Source of the DNA: a virus
Taxonomy: Duplodnaviria; Heunggongvirae; Uroviricota; Caudoviricetes
Virus record (IMG/VR): IMGVR_UViG_2630968342_000019
Length of the DNA stretch: 34,787 nucleotides
Strand: one strand, 5' to 3'
Shown: positions 1 to 7,978 of the stretch, one piece after another
How the letters are laid out: every line of letters starts with the position of its first letter
Position numbering within the stretch: position 1 is the stretch's first letter
Notes under the pieces: model-generated
The model's input: the letters and a program-made list of their open reading frames with translations, nothing else
Databases searched by the model: none
What the model was told of the DNA's origin: nothing
Position numbers and translations under genes: made by a program

Positions 1-1164
1 TCACTCATCATCTTCTGTTTCGTACTCCACATCAGAAAGCCTGACCTCAAGTTCTAAGGACGTCGTGAAGCCGCTATTATTCAGAAAGTGAGTCACCTTA
101 GTGATTGTCCAGTCCTGCTCGTCTATGACGCGCTTAAAGCCTGACACTTTAACCGGTGTTTCCGTGTAAATATCTGCCCGACCGGTAGCCAGGCTGATGG
201 AGAACTCCGCCACACCCCGTTGCAGTTTATCCCACTTCGCCTGAGCGGCGCGCATGGCCTGCGCTTTCGTGGCATATACCGTGGTCAGGGCAAAAACGTT
301 GTCAGCCTCACCGGCCATGTATTCACCTTCGCGCGCTTCCGGTACTTTTGGCGCTTTCTTCTGCGTGACCGGTTTCGCTTTCGGGTGCTCCAGTGCGCGC
401 AGGTGTTTTTCTTTCTTTTTGCGTTTCAGTTTTACCTTCTGCTTTTGCGGCTTCGGGTCTTTGGTGTGTAACCACTTTGCCGTTACGCCTGTGTAGGCTC
501 CGCGGTCAGCAATCGAAAAATGATGACGGTCACCGTCGCTGCGGGTGATGGTAATCTGCGGGATTTTTTTACCGCTGGCAGTCACCCCCAGCCCCGCTTT
601 GAGAAACAGCAGTTTTCCCATTTTTACCGACACCTCACCGCCGTTGCGTTCAGCAAGACGGGTCAGGAATTTCGCATCGGACTCCTGCGACTGGTCGATG
701 TGCGGGATTTTAATTCCGGCCAGTGACGGCGCGACACTGGCTTCCAGCCTGTTACGGGAGGCTATTGCCTCAACAATCGCACCGAGCGTGGTGTCATGCC
801 AGGAGCCTTCACGGCGGGAATTGAGCGTCCCGCGAAAATCTGCACTCCGGGCGCGGATGGTGACCACATCCGGCGCGCCCCGGTGTTCAACCTCATCAAC
901 GGTAAATTTCCCTTTGCATACCAGGGCAAAGCCTTTCCAGCCGATATACACCGTCAGGACAGCGCCACGAACCGGCAGCCCGACCTGCCCGTCGGCATCG
1001 TTCAGTTCAATATCAAGCTGGTCAGCCTCAAAGCCCCGGTTATCCGTCAGGGTCATGCTCATCAGACGGTCGCTGATATTGCCGGTAATATCCCTGCTGT
1101 CGAGCATCAGCATGTAATCCGGCGTCAGCGTACTGCCTGCATCAAATGTCAGCGCATCCAGCAT
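1..1164 (-). CDS. D: P2 gpD-like tail protein (late gene D)
   Basis: 387-aa ORF whose translation I recognise as P2 gpD along its full length; same length as P2 D; last gene of the tail operon in P2 order. Confidence 0.92.
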   Translation of the reverse strand: MLDALTFDAGSTLTPDYMLMLDSRDITGNISDRLMSMTLTDNRGFEADQLDIELNDADGQVGLPVRGAVLTVYIGWKGFALVCKGKFTVDEVEHRGAPDVVTIRARSADFRGTLNSRREGSWHDTTLGAIVEAIASRNRLEASVAPSLAGIKIPHIDQSQESDAKFLTRLAERNGGEVSVKMGKLLFLKAGLGVTASGKKIPQITITRSDGDRHHFSIADRGAYTGVTAKWLHTKDPKPQKQKVKLKRKKKEKHLRALEHPKAKPVTQKKAPKVPEAREGEYMAGEADNVFALTTVYATKAQAMRAAQAKWDKLQRGVAEFSISLATGRADIYTETPVKVSGFKRVIDEQDWTITKVTHFLNNSGFTTSLELEVRLSDVEYETEDDE

Positions 1165-1643
1165 TATCCCGCCCCCGTCATACCCGTGAATCTGGTCGCC
1201 ATACTGCCAGCCTTACCGATGAGCGATTCCGCCTGTTTACCGATATCGCCATAAAGCGCGGCCAGTGATTCATCAACGCGGGTGAGCGACAGCGTAAAAT
1301 CAATTTTCCGGGGGGTGCCGTCTGCAAAGAAAATACTCCCTGTTTCACTCACCTTGCTGATGACATACATGCCGTAAATCATGCCAGTGCCATCCAGCAA
1401 CGGCCACGCCCGGCCTTCCTCTGCCATCAGCCTGAGCGTGGTCATCGTCAGCTTCCCGCCGGTCAGTTCGGGATAAAGCACGCCGGCAAGCGTCATGTTT
1501 TCCTCACCCACACCGAGAAACTGAAAGGCATCCCGTTTACCGATACGGGAATTTGACGGCCAGCGATAATCTGATTCGCGCTGCATGGTCTGATGTGGCA
1601 GCGTCTGGCGCATAAAAACAAACATACCTAACGCGAGCATCAT
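1164..1643 (-). CDS. U: P2 gpU-like tail protein
   Basis: 159-aa ORF recognised as P2 gpU (N-terminus MMLALGMFVF...); sits between T and D as in P2; stop overlaps the D start. Confidence 0.92.
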   Translation of the reverse strand: MMLALGMFVFMRQTLPHQTMQRESDYRWPSNSRIGKRDAFQFLGVGEENMTLAGVLYPELTGGKLTMTTLRLMAEEGRAWPLLDGTGMIYGMYVISKVSETGSIFFADGTPRKIDFTLSLTRVDESLAALYGDIGKQAESLIGKAGSMATRFTGMTGAG

Positions 1644-1657
1644 TTTTCGTCACCTCC

Positions 1658-4105
1658 TTAACCGTCATGCATCATGCTGGCACGGGCGCGCGCACGTTTA
1701 TCCCGCTCGTATTTTTCGAGCGCATCCTGTAACTGGCGGTCAAGCTGTGTCCCCGGCGCAGTACCACCCGTCAGGCTGATGTGATATTCGTTTTTACTCT
1801 GGTCCACATAAGAGCGGCCAGCCGGTGCCGTGACCGGCTGATAAGCCTGATAGCCTGCATAAGAGCTGGTCGCCGGAATATAACCACCGGTGCCATACGT
1901 GGCGGCATGAGTTCTGGCGGCGGTCTGGTCAAGTGTGTCTGACTCTTTGTTGATAACACCGAGTTTTTCCAGTACCCAGTCAATACCGCTGCGCAGTTTG
2001 TTGAACGCATTAAGCGGCAGCATCAGCGCGTCAGCCAGTGCCTGCCCGAACATGACGCCCGTGTCACGGCAACGGTTCAGGGTGTCCTGTGTGGCTTTAA
2101 CCGGAGCAATCAGGTTTGTAAACCACTGCCACGCGGCCTGTAACTTTTCGCCCAGCCAGTCAAACACCGGCTTAAGTGGCGTGAACAGCTCCCCCACCGG
2201 CGCAAATGCCGCTTTCAGCCCTTCAACCACACCGCCAAAGAATGCGCTGACAGGCTCCCAGTATTTACGGATAAGCAACGCCCCGGCGACAATGGCAGCC
2301 ACCACGGCCACAACCGGCCAGCTAATCGCACCGATGGCCGTCATAACGGCACTACCAACCGTCGTGAAGATTGCCCCCATTGCGCCTGCTGCCGCGATAA
2401 TGGCATTGATGCCGGTGATAACCGGCCAGGCTACAAGGCCAATGGCACCGATGATGCCAGTCAGCGCCAGTGCACCGCCGGCAATGATGCCGATGGTTGA
2501 CGCCAGTGATTTGTTTTTCTGTATCCAGCCGTCGAGTTTTAACACATACTTTGTGGCCGTCTGCGTGAGCTTACGCAGCGCGCCTTCCTGCTGGTCAAAC
2601 AGGTCAGTCCCCACAGCCTCATAAGCGGACTGAAACTCCTTAAAGTCACCGCCGAGGTTATCCTGCATGATTTTAACCAGCTCTTCCGTTTTACTGTCCG
2701 AGGCTTTCAGCGTGGCGGTCAGCGTATCCAGTTTTCCGCTTGCTGCCGCTGCCAGTAAAACGTTCGCTGATTTCAGGGCTTCCTCACCAAAAATGGTTTT
2801 AAGGTATTCCCCCTTCTGAGACGTTCCCAGCTTGTGTTTATCAAAGCTGGCCTGAATCTCTTTCAGAATGGTGACCAACGGACGCATATTTCCCTTTTTG
2901 TCCGAGGTTTTAACGCCAAGCTCTTTGAGTGCATCCCATGCTTTTCCAGTCGGAGCCTGTAATCGGGTGACAACGGCACTACTACCCGTACCCGCCATTG
3001 ACCCCCTGATGTTATTGTCATGCAGCACACCGGTCATGGCTGCTGCCTGCTCAAGACTTACACCTGCCGTTCTTGCGACCGGACCGAGGTAAGTCAGTGC
3101 ATCACTGAGTCCCTGAAAATCAGCCGCCGACTTATTCATCGTTGCCGACAACACGTCGCCCACATGGCTGACATCATCATTTGACAGTTGAAAGGATGCC
3201 TTAGTCCCCAGCAACAGTTGCGCGTTTTCTTCCATCGACCGCTGATTCGCCAGTGCCATATTCAGCGTGACCGGCGTTGCCGCCTGAATAGCCGCAGCAT
3301 CTCCACCCGCTTTCGCAATGATAATCTGCGCACCGGCCGCATCATCCGCCGAGGCGGCGGTATTATCGCCGAGCTGGCGCGCCTGCTTGCGGAGCGCGGC
3401 CATTTCGGCGGAGTCTTTTGCCACTCCGAGCACGGCCTGCAATTCTGAGTTTTTCTGCGCAAACTCATAACCGGGCATCAGCAACTTAACTCCGGCCATC
3501 GTTCCCGCCGCCGCAATCCCCACACCGGCAGCGCCCACCGAGGCCATATTTCCGGCCAGTTCCTTTCCGGCCTGATAACGCTGTTTGACTGCGTTAAGTT
3601 TTGCCTGTTGTGCACTGACACGTGCCAGCGCGTCACGCTGACGGTTAAGCTGTGCGGTGGTTTCACTGATACGGTTTTTCAGCCCTCGTTCATCATGCGC
3701 CAGATTACGGGTATTAATACCCGCCTGACCCAATTCCTGACGCTGGCGCTGTACCGACAATCTCAGGCTGTTATATTTCGCCTGTAACTCAGACGCATTT
3801 TTACGCGCGGCTTCCATTGCCTTTGCCTGTGCATTTGTCGGTCGTTCAGTATTTTTAAACTGGACAGCCAGAGCTGCGGCTTCCTGTCTGGCTTTTTTCA
3901 GTTCCTGACCAGTCACGGCGAGCTGTGCACTGGTCTTGCGAAATCCCTCAATACGGGATGCGTGACCGTTCAGCTCGCGCAGTGATTTTTGTGTGTCCCG
4001 GATATCCCCCGACAGCGATTTGCTCGCTGTGCGGATGGATTTAAACGGGCGGGATGCCAGGTCAACAGCCCTGAGCAATACCTGTAATTTTACATTGTTA
4101 CTCAT
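1658..4105 (-). CDS. T: Tail tape measure protein (P2 gpT-like)
   Basis: 815-aa ORF, same length as P2 T; coiled-coil N-terminal half, Gly/Ala-rich hydrophobic central segment and conserved C-terminus typical of tape measure proteins; position between E/E' and U. Confidence 0.92.
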   Translation of the reverse strand: MSNNVKLQVLLRAVDLASRPFKSIRTASKSLSGDIRDTQKSLRELNGHASRIEGFRKTSAQLAVTGQELKKARQEAAALAVQFKNTERPTNAQAKAMEAARKNASELQAKYNSLRLSVQRQRQELGQAGINTRNLAHDERGLKNRISETTAQLNRQRDALARVSAQQAKLNAVKQRYQAGKELAGNMASVGAAGVGIAAAGTMAGVKLLMPGYEFAQKNSELQAVLGVAKDSAEMAALRKQARQLGDNTAASADDAAGAQIIIAKAGGDAAAIQAATPVTLNMALANQRSMEENAQLLLGTKASFQLSNDDVSHVGDVLSATMNKSAADFQGLSDALTYLGPVARTAGVSLEQAAAMTGVLHDNNIRGSMAGTGSSAVVTRLQAPTGKAWDALKELGVKTSDKKGNMRPLVTILKEIQASFDKHKLGTSQKGEYLKTIFGEEALKSANVLLAAAASGKLDTLTATLKASDSKTEELVKIMQDNLGGDFKEFQSAYEAVGTDLFDQQEGALRKLTQTATKYVLKLDGWIQKNKSLASTIGIIAGGALALTGIIGAIGLVAWPVITGINAIIAAAGAMGAIFTTVGSAVMTAIGAISWPVVAVVAAIVAGALLIRKYWEPVSAFFGGVVEGLKAAFAPVGELFTPLKPVFDWLGEKLQAAWQWFTNLIAPVKATQDTLNRCRDTGVMFGQALADALMLPLNAFNKLRSGIDWVLEKLGVINKESDTLDQTAARTHAATYGTGGYIPATSSYAGYQAYQPVTAPAGRSYVDQSKNEYHISLTGGTAPGTQLDRQLQDALEKYERDKRARARASMMHDG

Positions 4106-4525
4106 TCGTGTTTCCGCTTCGCCGGAGCGCCTTTTCGCGCCATGTGATGAGTTCGGTCAGGCTCATGGGATACAGTTCTGATGGCGGCCAGTGAAATATC
4201 ACTGCCACATCCGCCATCAGGTCATCGACCGACAGATTTTTCGGAAACGTCACTGCACCGAGTTCGGCGACAAAAAACCGACCACCTTACCGGCCAGCGC
4301 CACAAGGTCAGGCAGTTCCAGTGCGGCGACTTCCTGCTCGGTCAGCATCGGTGCCGTCATGCGCGGCAGCACTTTAATCAGTGCATCGACTTCGGAGTTT
4401 GCGACCGCAGCCAGACTGACACCGCGCAGCGTCCCGGCATTGGGTTTCATCAGCGTGACCTGTTCGATAACCTGCTCACCACGCTTGACCGGATTGTCCA
4501 GGGTAATCACATTTTCTTTGTTCAT
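4098..4525 (-). CDS. E+E': gpE+E' tail assembly chaperone made by programmed -1 frameshift
   Basis: After the mRNA heptamer T_TTT_TTG (plus coordinates 4271..4277) the -1 frame stays open and reads VAELGAVTFPKNLSVDDLMADVAVIFHWPPSELYPMSLTELITWREKALRRSGNTNE, ending at a TAA (4098..4100) that overlaps the T start. I translated this by hand from the sequence. Confidence 0.8.
4250..4525 (-). CDS. E: Tail assembly chaperone gpE (zero-frame product)
   Basis: 91-aa ORF recognised as P2 gpE; ends just after the slippery heptamer. Confidence 0.9.
   Translation of the reverse strand: MNKENVITLDNPVKRGEQVIEQVTLMKPNAGTLRGVSLAAVANSEVDALIKVLPRMTAPMLTEQEVAALELPDLVALAGKVVGFLSPNSVQ
4271..4277 (-). promoter_or_regulatory. 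Slippery heptamer for the E/E' -1 ribosomal frameshift
   Basis: Canonical X_XXY_YYZ heptamer T_TTT_TTG on the mRNA (plus strand reads caaaaaa), located near the 3' end of E, as in P2 and the lambda G/GT paradigm. Confidence 0.8.
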
Positions 4526-4581
4526 GGTTTTCTCACTTCTGAATCGGGGTTAACCGGTCAGCCAAGCTGACCGGATGAAAA

Positions 4582-5100
4582 TCACAGGCCGATATTGCGG
4601 CGGTGTTGCTCCAGCCGGTCGACGCCGTTCACCTTCTCAATCATGTTGATGGTGTCGATTTCGACCAGCTCCTTACCGTCCATCGTCAGCCGGAAATAGG
4701 TGCAGACCACGGAGATTTTCGACTCGGTGTCTTCTCCCTGTTTACCCTCTCCGGTGTCGATTTCTTTCTGACGTCCACGCATGACCACTTCGACGGCCAC
4801 CGTTTCGCCGGTATCGTCACGCTGGTAAGAGCCTGCAAAACGAATCGGTACGGCATCCACACCGGTTGCGGCGTAAAGCTCCCAGATAACCGAATCCGGG
4901 AAGCCACCGAGCGACCACTCCATTGACAGCGCATCGTCATCAAGGCCGAGGTCTACCGGTGCGCTGCCGTTCATCCCCGCACCGCGATAGTTTTCGAGCT
5001 TACGGGTCAGTTTTGGCAGCGTGACGGACTTTGCAACGCCCTGATAGCTGTAGCCGTTCAGAAAGACGTTCATTAACTTGAGTTTGCGCGGCATTGCCAT
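4582..5100 (-). CDS. FII: Tail tube protein (P2 gpFII-like)
   Basis: 172-aa ORF recognised as P2 FII; immediately downstream of FI. Confidence 0.92.
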   Translation of the reverse strand: MAMPRKLKLMNVFLNGYSYQGVAKSVTLPKLTRKLENYRGAGMNGSAPVDLGLDDDALSMEWSLGGFPDSVIWELYAATGVDAVPIRFAGSYQRDDTGETVAVEVVMRGRQKEIDTGEGKQGEDTESKISVVCTYFRLTMDGKELVEIDTINMIEKVNGVDRLEQHRRNIGL

Positions 5101-5112
5101 CGGTCAGGCTCC

Positions 5113-6303
5113 TTAATTGCTGTTAACCGAGGTGACCAGATTTGCCAGGTATTTATCGGTAATACGCTGGCGCAGGGTCAGGTTTTCAAGAGGAGGCACC
5201 GGTGTATAGTCGTAGTCGATATACAGTTTTCCGGCCTTGAGGGTTTCCGCATCGTTGGATTCTTCGCTGAACCAGCAGGTCGCATCCACGATATAGCCGT
5301 TTGTTTTCAGCTCACGGAATTTGGCATTGATGCCGTCAACGATGTCGCGAATCAGCGTTGCGGTGATGGGCTTGTCCACCGCCCACATGTGCGCCTCAGC
5401 CATCGTGTCGGCCAGCACCTGCGCGGTGCGGGTGTAGTTTTCAAAGAGGAACAGCGGGTCATCAGAGCAGGTACGGTTACCCCAGAATCGGAAACCGTCG
5501 CGGCGAATCAGCGTAGTGACGCCTGACTCGTTAAGCAGGTCAGCATCGGTGCCGGACTCCTGCAAATCCCAGAATACAGATGCGCTGATGCCGGTAACAC
5601 CGTTTACCCCGACGTTGGACAGCGTTTTATGCCAGCCCTGCTCCTGGTCGATTTTGGCACGCAGACCCAGCGCACGGGCGGTGGCATACGCGGTGGCGGT
5701 GGTACTGGTGACCGTATCCCATGCGAGGAAATCCGGCCAGATGACCATCAGCTCACGCTGGCTGAAATTCTGGCGGTAGGCTTTCACCTCGGAAATGGTT
5801 TTACAGCCCCATGCGCTGATATACCCGAAAGCGCGCAGCTTCTGACAGACTGATGCCAGTGCAACCGCCACCTCTTTGGTGTCCAGTCCCGGCACACCGA
5901 GAATACGCGGTTTAACACCGGTAACCGACTCCGCCGCCAGCAGGGCTTTCAGTCCGGTGTACTGACCGTTTTCGTCGGTGGTGCCGATGATATTGGAAAC
6001 GGTCTGCGCAAGTTTCGTTTCTTCGTCATCGCCGTTGCCGTCTTCCACGCGCACGACAACGGTGACCGGTTTTGACTGGTCAGCGATGGCCTGCAACGAC
6101 GCCGCCAGCGTGCCTTTTTTACCGGCCTTTGCAATTGCGCTCTGCACGTTGGTAATCAGCACCGGTTTATTGAGGGGGAAGGTTTCCGCATCCGCATCGC
6201 TGGCCGTGCAGACCATGCCGACAATGGCAGTGGATACGGTGGAAATGACGCGGGTGCCGTCGTTAATCTCCAGCACCTGCACGCCGTGATGATAGTCACT
6301 CAT
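5113..6303 (-). CDS. FI: Contractile tail sheath protein (P2 gpFI-like)
   Basis: 396-aa ORF recognised as P2 FI (N-terminus MSDYHHGVQVLEINDGTRVI...); same length as P2 FI. Confidence 0.93.
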   Translation of the reverse strand: MSDYHHGVQVLEINDGTRVISTVSTAIVGMVCTASDADAETFPLNKPVLITNVQSAIAKAGKKGTLAASLQAIADQSKPVTVVVRVEDGNGDDEETKLAQTVSNIIGTTDENGQYTGLKALLAAESVTGVKPRILGVPGLDTKEVAVALASVCQKLRAFGYISAWGCKTISEVKAYRQNFSQRELMVIWPDFLAWDTVTSTTATAYATARALGLRAKIDQEQGWHKTLSNVGVNGVTGISASVFWDLQESGTDADLLNESGVTTLIRRDGFRFWGNRTCSDDPLFLFENYTRTAQVLADTMAEAHMWAVDKPITATLIRDIVDGINAKFRELKTNGYIVDATCWFSEESNDAETLKAGKLYIDYDYTPVPPLENLTLRQRITDKYLANLVTSVNSN

Positions 6304-6400
6304 CCGTTTAACTCCGTGGTTAATGGGTGCAACTATTTTCTGTTGTGCAGAGCATGAGACGCTATTTGACCTGGCTGGTCAGTGGATGAAACAACAGATA

Positions 6401-6426
6401 AAGAAAAGGCGGGCAATTCGCCCGCC
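6401..6426 (-). terminator. Rho-independent terminator (minus strand) downstream of the Z/fun-position moron
   Basis: Perfect 7-bp GC stem GGCGGGC / GCCCGCC (6408..6414 and 6420..6426) with a 5-nt loop; on the minus strand the hairpin is followed by TTTTCTT (plus 6401..6407). Confidence 0.6.
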
Positions 6427-6632
6427 TGTCCTGATTTGAACTCACTCATTTTCCGACTGACAATTTACATAGCCCAAAAGTTATCAAATCTGACAGTCTG
6501 CTTTGAACAAGAAGCGGACATTTGCCTGTCAGGGTATATGCCGCTCTGCGGTTATTATCCAGAATCAAAAATTCATCTGAGTTGGATTACATATAAAACA
6601 TAGTTACCCCATGAATAACCATTAGCAGATTA

Positions 6633-7226
6633 TCAATTATGTAAATCTTTTGTTTTATGTTCTTTGGCGTGTTGTGACAACAAATGGCTATAGCGTTTAA
6701 GCAAAATATTAGAAAGATTAAGCTCATTCATGAAGTGTTCTTCTAATAAGTAACCATCAATATCAACTTTAATATCATTACCACTTTTCATCTTCTGTAA
6801 CGTAGATTTTACACGCTCCAGCAGGATGCTTTGCTCATGGTAATAGTCCATAAGAAGAGTAACATCCTCTTTATCAAGCTTACTTAATTCGCTGAAGTAG
6901 GATTTAAACACTTTATCAGTCTGGTTTAATGCAATCTGTAAGCGAGGCCCCCCTAATGATTTGACATTAATGGCAAAAGGCTCGCCAACAAAATGCTCCG
7001 AATTTTCGTCAAAGCCAATATATCTCGTTTTATCAAGAAAAGTGAGAGCGCGATGGTTATTAGCGATTTCATATGCAAACATTGTTCTGATACTGTCCCT
7101 CTCAGCCTCCATGCTTATATCATCACGATGATTTGTATAAAATATATTTCCAACAAAGAGAACCATAGCAAGAATCACTGAACTTGCCTCCCAGTTAATA
7201 TTTTTTAATCGTCGCTTAGTAAACAT
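6633..7226 (-). CDS. Hypothetical membrane-anchored protein (moron at the P2 Z/fun hotspot)
   Basis: 197-aa ORF in a markedly AT-rich block between tail-fibre assembly gene G and sheath gene FI; N-terminal basic stretch then a hydrophobic helix (EASSVILAMVLFVGNIFYT); AAGGTG Shine-Dalgarno 4 nt before the ATG; own terminator downstream; no motif I can assign. Confidence 0.6.
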   Translation of the reverse strand: MFTKRRLKNINWEASSVILAMVLFVGNIFYTNHRDDISMEAERDSIRTMFAYEIANNHRALTFLDKTRYIGFDENSEHFVGEPFAINVKSLGGPRLQIALNQTDKVFKSYFSELSKLDKEDVTLLMDYYHEQSILLERVKSTLQKMKSGNDIKVDIDGYLLEEHFMNELNLSNILLKRYSHLLSQHAKEHKTKDLHN

Positions 7227-7447
7227 ACCGCACCTTAATTATCAAAAATATTCCTTCAGTGTTATCTGGTTAGCCTAAACCAAGTCATTAAAGTCTGCAG
7301 GATATCATATACATAAAATGTATTGATTAGAATTTGCACTAATAAAATAATGCTTTACTAAAATCTACTCCAGACACAGAGCGGCCTGTCAGATTAGGCT
7401 TTACTCTGTGCCATAGATACGTTTGCTCACTCCAGAGATCATACAAC

Positions 7448-7975
7448 TTATTGCGGCATTTCCGGCCATTCAGGATTTGCAGGATCCACACGACTGACCA
7501 GAACGCTGTAGCGTTCCCATGCTTCCAGTCGGCTACGCTCCTCATCTGTTGCCATGTTCAGTCTGACAGCGCGATCCAGCGGCAAAATCACGGATTCAGC
7601 ATCTGCTAGAAGTCTGGCTTTCCGGTTTTCTGCCTGCTGCTGCAATTCCTCTGCCGTATAAATGCGTTTAATCACTTTGCCGTCCTTAAACATCCAGTTC
7701 CCTGAAATGTCCGCCCGTCGGTTAGCAGTAATATCCGCCACTTCAACAACACTTAATCCATCCGGTCTGATAGCTGTCACATCCTTTTCCACATAGCGGA
7801 TGATATTATCTTTGTCGTACGCTATTTTTAGCGTGTCATCAGCAAAATACTTTTGTTCTTCGTACCAGTTCTTACCATCTTCTGAAAAAAACCAGACAAC
7901 ATCAAAGTCTTTTGTCAATTGATATTGTTCAACCGTTTTTGGATTACCTGCCGTTATATTTATCAAATGCTGCAT
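7448..7975 (-). CDS. G: Tail fibre assembly protein (P2 gpG-like)
   Basis: 175-aa ORF, same length as P2 G; immediately downstream of tail-fibre gene H. Confidence 0.88.
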   Translation of the reverse strand: MQHLINITAGNPKTVEQYQLTKDFDVVWFFSEDGKNWYEEQKYFADDTLKIAYDKDNIIRYVEKDVTAIRPDGLSVVEVADITANRRADISGNWMFKDGKVIKRIYTAEELQQQAENRKARLLADAESVILPLDRAVRLNMATDEERSRLEAWERYSVLVSRVDPANPEWPEMPQ

Positions 7976-7978
7976 AAA

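Noticed and set aside
1935-2624. 229-aa plus-strand ORF, and many similar ORFs opposite to phage genes (for example 545..1117, 9921..10616, 18617..19267, 21539..22315, 22829..23278)
   Set aside because: They overlap well-supported phage genes on the other strand in GC-rich DNA and translate to low-complexity Ala/Arg/Pro-rich sequences; these are shadow ORFs.
6382-6603. 73-aa plus-strand ORF in the gap between the moron and its terminator
   Set aside because: No convincing ribosome-binding site, and it crosses the terminator hairpin region; more likely non-coding leader or trailer. A small RNA cannot be excluded from sequence alone.
7375-7410. Inverted repeat CACAGAG...CTCTGTG downstream of gene G as a possible terminator
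   Set aside because: The 22-nt loop is long and no U-tract follows on the transcribed strand; not a convincing intrinsic terminator.
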